Assembly: GCA_964016885.1 (NCBI GenBank)
Contig: OZ024741.1
Location: 63,054,001-63,118,000 of the forward strand
Source of the DNA: Eledone cirrhosa
Taxonomy: Eukaryota
DNA: 64,000 nt
Reading direction: 5' to 3'
The translations under genes and the position numbers were made by a program. How positions within the stretch are numbered: the first letter of the stretch is position 1; each line of letters opens with the position of its first letter. This document shows positions 55,478-64,000 of the stretch, one piece after another. A model generated the notes under the pieces. That model did not search any database. It had not been told where the DNA came from and saw only the letters and a list, made by a program, of their open reading frames with translations.

Positions 55478-55802
55478 ATGTTGGTGCAGGTGTTGGAGGT
55501 GTTGGAGGTGTTGGAGCTCTGCCGTCTGGAAAACTGGTAGGGTCACCCATAGCGGACAGATCTGACACCCAGCGGTATCAGGGCCACCATCTTGCAACTT
55601 TGGTCTACTAAATTCGCTATTGGAAGATTATTAACCCATCATTGGTTGTCCAAAATGCTAATCGGTTCGTAACTATTAATAACCGGTTCAACTGCTTTAT
55701 GCACTTAATTGATAAGCTTATGCGCTTTCAAGCTACGTTTACCTGTATGTAACTTTTCATAGGAAATGAACAAACCCGAGCAACGCTAAACTGCTAGTAT
55801 AT

Positions 55803-56104
55803 ATTAAAATAACAGATTGAAGTTTAAGCAAAGAATCGCTTCTTTCACCCTTAACGGGATCTTCTGAAACTAAAAAAAATCAATCTGTAAACGCAGAAGT
55901 AAATATTTCGAAAAACGTTGCAATGTAGAAACATACATATGTTGTTTCTGCTTGATGAATATAAGTCAATAGAGTGATAATCCGAGGGAGCAAAATAGTA
56001 ATAATAATAAATTTGAAGACTAAAATCCAAAGAGGGCTCGATAAGGATAAATATATATCAAATATATAAGAACCATTTTCCTTCAACTTTAATCTGTCAT
56101 TTTA

Positions 56105-56107
<3 letters not shown>
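55803..56107 (-). mobile_element. Family C pieces (arm with hammerhead; inverted tail)
   Basis: Matches 12590-12710 and the reverse complement of 14365-14440. Confidence 0.75.
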
Positions 56108-56138
<31 letters not shown>

Positions 56139-56140
56139 CC

Positions 56141-56173
<33 letters not shown>

Positions 56174-56202
56174 CCTATATATATATATATATATATGTAT
56201 GT

Positions 56203-56236
<34 letters not shown>

Positions 56237-56829
56237 TGTCCTATATATATATATATATATATAAACCTGCAGTATTCTTCTCCCCATTTTTTCACATATA
56301 TTTACCTAAACTGCGATTCTGTTTTTCTCTCTCTTTCTTACTGCTCCCTCGTTCTCTCTGTTTCTCCTACTTTCTTTCGCCCCCTCTGTCATGTCAGTTA
56401 ACTCTTCTTCACACTTCCACTCACTCACTCACTGTTTCTCCCCTTCTCACTTCACCCCGTTCGCGACGAATACATTTTCCTTCTTTCTTACATTTGGATT
56501 CATCTCGAAAGGTCTTTTTTCTAAGCGCTCATATATTCACCCAGCTTATGCTGACAGAATAACTATGTAGCTTGTTCCTTTCCTATCTACGGTTAGCTTT
56601 CCTCTTTGTTGTTTACTTGTCTCACTCGCTTTACGCGTTTTAATTGTCCTAATAACTTAATTTAGTTATTATTGCACCAACGTGAGGTATATGATTTTTA
56701 ATGCAATGAAATATCTATGATCGTTGGCAAATCACTGATGAGGGACTCATTTTATAAGATGTTATCCATGTGCAACCTGCAGTATTCTTCTCCCCATTTT
56801 TTCACATATATATATATATATATGTATGT

Positions 56830-56895
<66 letters not shown>

Positions 56896-57039
56896 CATAC
56901 CTATTCGTAAAACACAAAACTTGCGGGTCTTAAAATAATGCAATAAACAGTAATAAAAGTTGGATCACCAACAAGAAATATGTTATTAAGCCCTCATCAG
57001 CTTCTTCAAGTTCCATTTGAAGAGAAAGGTTATAGTAGA

Positions 57040-57150
57040 GAATGCCTGATGATGAATTAATGTCCCAAATTGAAGAATCAGGTTACAAATACTTGGGCAT
57101 GAAGGAAAAGATAGGAAAGGAGTTCATTAGGAGGGTGAGAAATTTGTCCA
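57040..57150 (+). mobile_element. Tiny R4-like RT remnant
   Basis: IEESGYKYLG..KEKIGKEFIRRVR. Confidence 0.45.
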
Positions 57151-57682
57151 AGAAAAAGAAGAAAAAGGAGGGGGGGTGAAATAGTAGGAGGAGGTGGAAG
57201 AGTAGTAGGAGGAGGAGGAGGAGGAGGAGGAGATATGATGTCTCCAGGTCGCTGTATCAATTTAAACATTTGATAATATATGTATGTTTAAAGAAAAGAA
57301 GAAACTATCTATAAATATAAATAACTGAACATAGATATAATCAAATTGCGAGGGTTGAAAGTAAATGTGATGTTCAAAATAATAGTAAATAATAGATTGA
57401 GGTGCAGAGAAGTATGTATCCAAAATGCAAGGACTTCTAACATAAAACAGAAAATAACACTAATTTACTGTACAAACTACACATATATATTTTCAAAATA
57501 ACAACAAAACATAAATAAATATAATAAACAGTACCTATACCCAAGAAATACAGAACATGGTTTGTTTACATAACAGCGAAAGCATGCGATAAAACTAAGT
57601 CTACTGAAATAATAATACTAATAATTTAAATTGAAAATCTGAATTTTTCCTGAAACAGGTGTGGAGTTATATTCATACATAC

Positions 57683-57731
<49 letters not shown>

Positions 57732-57751
57732 CACACACAAACACACATACA

Positions 57752-57829
<78 letters not shown>

Positions 57830-57868
57830 TATATACATATATATATATATACATATAGTATACATATA

Positions 57869-57924
<56 letters not shown>

Positions 57925-58196
57925 CATTATATACATACACATACAAACATACTATACATGCATGCGTATATATGTATATGTATATGTCTGTATCTATGTA
58001 TGTATATATGTATGTATGTACGTTTGTTTGTGTGTATGTATGAATATATGCGTGTAGGTATGTGTGTATGTGTATTAGTATATGTTTGCGTCATATTTCA
58101 GAGGAATTAACAAAGGGTTGTATAAACCAATTAATGAGTTTACACAGTTATCAGTTACTTTCCTCGGATTCATAGAATATTAACACACGGACACAG

Positions 58197-58265
<69 letters not shown>

Positions 58266-59199
58266 ACACACCACACATACACACTCATGAATGATGCACA
58301 TGCCCGCAAACAAGCGAATGATATATTTTATTTTTTAAATGATTTAGGCGATCAGGTGTTTTTTTTATCTTCCTTTTGTAGATAAATCTAATTGGTTGTT
58401 GATTTCGTTGATGTTACTAAATAGAGAAGATAAAGTAAATGTCACAATACTTAACTTTTTATATTTTTCTGTCTCTTTGTTACTACAACCAAATAATTTC
58501 TTTAAAACCTATAGTCTTCGGCTTCTGAAAATTGATAAATGTCAAGCCATCTCATCTCCAAACAGTTTCAACGAAAAGTATTAAATTCTCTACATATCTA
58601 AGGAACAAATTATACTAATATTTGCTGAAATTGCACGTTTGTTACAAATTACATTATTATTATCATAATATCAACAACTTTATATGAACTACTATTGCAC
58701 TGTCACGACATGTATACAACATTTCGATTTTGCATAGAATCGTAATTTTTTGCATATTACCTTAGTTCTGTATTTTTGTCCTCAGAATTGAATTTAATGT
58801 TTCATCTGTTTGTTTTGTACAATGTGTGTATATTTATCGTGTGTGTTGTGATAATTTCTTGGAAGGAGAATGTATATGACGTGTTGTCAGAGTTTTGTAA
58901 TAATAGTATTGCAAGTGATCGTTGTATAAGATGTGATATTATGTGACGTTGTTTATGCCTAGGTTAATCCTTAATGATTAGAACGAAGAATGAACAAATT
59001 CTAGCCTTCATCTTATATGTTTGTTTCCTTAAGCATTTACATGTTTGTTATATGTTTGTTTCCTTAAGCATTTACATTGCTCTATATTTCCTATTATATT
59101 TTCGTGGTAAAGGCTTTATCTCGCATACCTTATCTCACATAATATCGAATCTATGAGATTTTGATATTGTTTATTTTTAGAACAATACCATAACATTAC

Positions 59200-59286
59200 T
59201 ATCAGTGGCTAGTTACAGCCGGTTTGAACAGAAAGAGGTGAAAGAATTTTGGCCGGATCTGGCCGGTTTAAATGCTAAAGGGTTAA
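59200..59286. mobile_element. Terminus of a TTAA-type (piggyBac-like) non-autonomous DNA element
   Basis: Ends GGCCGGTTTAAATGCTAAAGGG|TTAA; partner end not found. Confidence 0.4.
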
Positions 59287-59699
59287 GTATATCAGAAACA
59301 GAAATATAATGATATTCAAAACGAAGAGCTAATAACTATATAGGGAGCTGTGCAACGCAATATTTATTGTTGAAAATTACGACACCGTTGTCGATATTAA
59401 TTTTGAAACACATTACGGGCATGTGGTAAACGTTGAATTAACCAAAAATGATTTATGCTTGGGTAGACTCAATATAGATATATTAGAGCAATTGAGCGTT
59501 GTACCAGGTCTTTCGTACAGGTATATAAAGACGCCATGAAATTAGCACTGAAGGGCATACATCCAAATTAAAATTATATAGGAACATCGCAGATGATACA
59601 ACGCAGACATACAGTCCAAAATACACACAACCAAACTCCTTTACCAATAAAGGTGATGTGGATATTGAATTTTCAATATCCATGAAATTATTTCAAACA

Positions 59700-59764
59700 C
59701 ATACATACATACATACATACATACATACATACATACATACATGCATATATACATGCATACATGC

Positions 59765-59795
<31 letters not shown>

Positions 59796-59829
59796 CATAC
59801 ATACATACATACATACATACATACATACA

Positions 59830-59862
<33 letters not shown>

Positions 59863-59973
59863 GTATGTGTGTATATGTGCATTTACGAAGAGAATTCAAA
59901 AAGTTATTGGAAAACGAAGAAGAAGAAGAAGAAGAAGAAGAAGAAGAAGAAGAAGAAGAAGAAGAAGAAGAAG

Positions 59974-60003
<30 letters not shown>
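59700..60003. repeat. (TACA)n tract at 59700-59860 and (GAA)n tract at 59916-60003
   Basis: Directly visible. Confidence 0.95.
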
Positions 60004-60004
<1 letters not shown>

Positions 60005-60475
60005 TTTGTCAATCTGAATATCCCTGTTATCCAATGTGAGTGTCACCTGTTAGGAAGCCACCTGTCATAGTAAGACATTAAACCTACACATTTCCAAAAT
60101 TAATATACATATGTATATATATTATAGAACACGAACAGAGCATTAGCTACAAAAATAATAAAAGAAAGTATAAAATATACTAATACTACTACAAGCACTA
60201 CAAATGCCCTTCAAGCAGAATCTGATATTAAATAAATCGGTTACACTCACCCTAACAACCGGGTAGGCAGTGAAAGGTGCGTCATGAAATATGTATCGTT
60301 TAAGTGTAGCTTGTACCTAAACAAATGATTGTTTTATTTAAAGAACGTAATAATAAAGAACATATTAATATTCTTTTTGTTCATACTACACGTAAATCAC
60401 TATATACGAGAACAACCACACGTCCGCATTTAAGCATACATATACACACAGATGGACAGAGACTTATATATGCAC

Positions 60476-60542
<67 letters not shown>

Positions 60543-60551
60543 TTAATATAT

Positions 60552-60612
<61 letters not shown>

Positions 60613-60641
60613 GTATATATATATGTGTGTGTGTGTGTGTG

Positions 60642-60673
<32 letters not shown>

Positions 60674-60682
60674 TATATATAT

Positions 60683-61129
60683 AGGAGCTCTTAACAGTCA
60701 ATGGCCATCCAAAATCACGGGGAGAGATGACCCCCTTAGCCTTTGTCAAGGCAGAATTCTAGGTGAAGGAAAACTCTGATATAACACCTGCAACCCTGAT
60801 GGTATCCAATGATGTTGACTTGTTATTCTTTTCGGTAACTATCATCTTGGTTAAGAGAGTGGGACTGGCTTTGTGCAGTGCCTTTGCTCACTATAAAAGC
60901 TTCACGGCACAGGCATTGCTTTATATCTGGAGATCTCTCTGCACTTGTCGTCACATGGTACCATGGGCCCAGCACTATGTGTCAATAATTGTCTCAAGTG
61001 TAGTGTTTGTACCAGAGTTTGCAAGTCGCTGGCTGGACTAAAAAGTAACACTCGTTCAGCGCATCGGTAGGGGTTCTCCTACATGGATATAAAGTAGTAG
61101 CCGTACTCGAAAACGAGTTGGCAGCCACC

Positions 61130-61131
<2 letters not shown>
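60683..61131 (+). mobile_element. RTE-derived bipartite non-autonomous element, 5'-truncated copy
   Basis: Direct repeat of 61388-61830; GAAGGAAAACTCTGA 5'UTR-like motif; terminal CSVCTRVCKSLAGLKS finger. Confidence 0.6.
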
Positions 61132-61160
<29 letters not shown>

Positions 61161-61188
61161 TGTATGTATGTATGTATGTATCTATGTG

Positions 61189-61219
<31 letters not shown>

Positions 61220-61221
<2 letters not shown>

Positions 61222-61827
61222 GTATGTATGTATGTATGTTGGTGTTACTGGTAACATGTATCCCAGTACAACCTGTCCCATGGTCGGGTCGTTGGCGACT
61301 AAACTGGTAACCCACCAAGGTTTCTTGGTGAGAAGGGTGACTTTGGACATCCTGCAGGACTAAAAAGAAAACCTGTCAAAGGGCAAAGGAGCTCTTAAGT
61401 CAATGGCCATCCAAAATCACCGGGAGAGATGACTCCTTAGCCTTTGTCAAGGCAGAATTCTAGGAGAAGGAAAACTCTAATATAACACCTGCAACCCTGA
61501 TGGTATCCAATGATGTTGACTTGTTCTTCTTTTCGGTAAATATCATCTTGGTTAAGAGAGTGGGACTGGCTTTGTGCAGTTTCTTTGCTCACTATAAAAG
61601 CTTCACGGCACAGGCATTGCTTTGTATCTGGAGATCCCTCTGCATTTGTCATCACATGGTACCATGGGCCCAGCACTATGTGTCAATAATTGTCACAAGT
61701 GTAGTGTTTGTACCAGAGTTTTCAAGTCGCTGGCTGGACTAAAAAGTCACACTTCTTCAGCGCATCGGTAGGGGTTCTCCTACATGGATATAAAGTAGTG
61801 GCCGTACTCGAAAACGAGTTGGCAGCC

Positions 61828-61830
<3 letters not shown>
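61220..61830 (+). mobile_element. RTE-derived bipartite element, longer copy
   Basis: Extra ~168 nt GC-richer 5' segment plus the same body; 3' hairpin CTCG-aaaa-CGAG before the microsatellite. Confidence 0.6.
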
Positions 61831-61885
<55 letters not shown>

Positions 61886-62965
61886 TATATTTTTTTTAAA
61901 ACCTGATTAGTTCTTTCGTTACTTTGGTATTGCATGGTTGGGTTTTGCCTACCGCAATTTTCAATTTGTCAAGCTATTTAAACGCATGTTTTTACTCTAA
62001 GAACCTACCCTATTGAGTGCTTTGCTACTCATTCCTTATTGTAGGCCGACTTTGCTTGGCCACAGCCAAAGCTTCGATTTTACTAAGCTTCCACTTGTAT
62101 ATGTATATATATTTTTTTTCTAATAAAAACTGCGATTATATTGCTGTTTGCTGAACTCCTTTTGTAGAGTTTTTTTCGAAATGTATTTGACTGTTATTTC
62201 TTGTAAACAAACATTCATTTTCATCCTGACGTCACTAGCCCTGTTTTTCCTCATGTGCGTTTTTCATAATCACGCATGATGGTGAACTAGCCAGTTTGAG
62301 AATTCCCTTTTTGGCCTATAATTCTGTGGGAGCCCTGGTTATCTGTTGAGCTCTGCTGACGATTGAAATCCAACCGTGACCATCTCCACTGAAAGTTTTC
62401 ATGAAATAGTCTTTAAGACTATACAGAGCATTTGATGTTTTTCCAAATTGAAGGATAAGTATTTTAGACTTTATTTTATCATGAGTTAAGGGTCTATTGA
62501 TTTTTCCCTGGATTTCACTAAATTCTGTTTTGAGATGAGTTTGAATTATTTTTCCTACACGTTAACTATTTTTCCCACCTTGACGACATAGTCGCATATA
62601 TGTTATGGAATACTGTTAGCTTCTCGCTAAAACAATTTCTATACCTTTCATTTATATATATATATATAGATATAGATATAAGTATGCATGTATACGTACA
62701 TACATATATGTATACAGACGTACAGTAGAATGCACATATATATATATATATATACATATATATGCATACAGGTACACATAAATATATGCACGTATCAGTT
62801 TAGCGGCGCTTATTATAACGTCGCTTTGTTCGTTTGTAAACAAACTGAACAGCCTGAATTTATGCCATACGGTGTTAAGGCAACCACGTCACCTTTTTGT
62901 TCAACACTGACACAGGAACGATGTACTAGTTTCAATCTTGTTAGCTATCATCAGCACCGTTTACC

Positions 62966-63032
62966 CATCTGCCAGATAGTTGAACGTTCAAGGAAAGTAT
63001 ATACTTTCGAACGTTCAACTATCTGGCAGATG
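62966..63032. repeat. 67 bp palindrome followed by ~80 nt unique tail and (TA)n
   Basis: CATCTGCCAGATAGTTGAACGTTC mirrored around GAAAGTATATACTTTC. Confidence 0.85.
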
Positions 63033-63107
63033 AATGGCAAGGGCCAGTAATTGGAAAGACCAATAGAAAGATTGTTTCCTTGGTCCGATTCGATGAAAAT
63101 CGATCGA

Positions 63108-63210
<103 letters not shown>

Positions 63211-63389
63211 CATTAGTTAAGCAAAGCAAGACCACACATTTCACAAGGAAGACATTATTTAAAGATTGTCAGCATAGTTGTAGTTTAATGTAAGGAATGT
63301 AAGAAATAATAATAATACTAATAATGTCCGTTTACAATTGTTTCGCTACTCCATATAATGTTTCTGGATCAATTGATTGTAAACGGACA

Positions 63390-64000
63390 TTATTATTTTT
63401 ATTATTATTATTATTACAGTTGCATTTATCTTGCTTTATGTTCATACGAGTTATCACCAAGTCACAACCAGTGACCTCAAGAGACAACAAGGTCCGCCAT
63501 GTTTAAGAAAGAACATACATACTCACACATGCATCTTTAGTGTTTAGGCTTGTGATGTACTTATATTGACAGAATCTTCCTTCGTATATGGGCAGTTCCC
63601 ATTAGTACTATCTTTTGTATTTCTCCTATACGAGTGTTTCCTGGCATTTGCGATAAGTAATCATTATACCCCTTAGGTATCATTCCCAGAGCGCCTACAA
63701 CCACTGGTATTGTTTTAGTTCTCAATTTCCACATTTTTCCAATTTCTATCTCCAGGTCCTTATACTTTCTCAATTTTTCAAATGTTTTTATAGATACATT
63801 CTTGTCTATTGGATCAGACATATCAATTAGCAGGCATACCCTCTTTTTGAAGTCCTTCAATATTATATCAGGTCTATTTGCATCTATTTTTCGGTCTGTT
63901 TGGATACTAAAGTTCCACAAGATTGAGATGTGATCTTTTTCAAGTATGGGAGGTGGTTGATGCTCCCACCAATTCTTTTGATGGGGCAGGTCAAAATGCT
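63390..64000 (-). mobile_element. R4/Dong-like non-LTR element 3' end (RLE domain), running off the window
   Basis: WNFSIQTDR.I.ANRPDII...LID...EKLRKYKDL.IEI.KMW...IPVVVGALG...IQKIVLMGTAHI.RK.L; 3' UTR ends in (TAA)n. Confidence 0.85.

Larger units (their letters stand above)
51072..55797 (+). mobile_element. Helitron (internally deleted autonomous type)
   Basis: A|TCTATATATAAAA 5' end, remnant CCCGAGCAACGC hairpin and CTAG|T 3' end, RepHel coding region. Confidence 0.9.

Noticed and set aside
60683-61830. LTR pair or TRIM interpretation of the ~445 bp direct repeats
   Set aside because: No TG...CA ends, PBS or PPT; the units end in an RTE-type Zn finger and hairpin and are separated by a microsatellite

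Overview
This is AT-rich, microsatellite-saturated eukaryotic DNA, most likely octopus or another coleoid cephalopod; that call rests on my recall of OK/OR-type tRNA-derived SINEs. No intact host gene is evident, and most ORF-track entries are microsatellite artefacts. The window is a pile-up of decayed mobile elements: many Penelope-like elements (PLEs; RT plus GIY-YIG), a near full-length Tx1-clade LINE with further fragments, tandem CRE-clade fragments, RTE and R4/Dong-like LINEs, a bipartite RTE-derived element in two copies, two Helitrons, and SINEs. The strongest pattern is that several sequence-unrelated families sitting in (TA)n share one architecture: inverted arm, forward arm with a type I hammerhead ribozyme (often a non-canonical core), a short one-sided tail, then (TA)n. 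Most tails carry an ACTC...GAG(T/C)(A/G)CT motif that begins a few nt after the inverted arm stops. The Tx1 copies are consistently associated with (TATC)n. All calls were made by eye and many boundaries are approximate.
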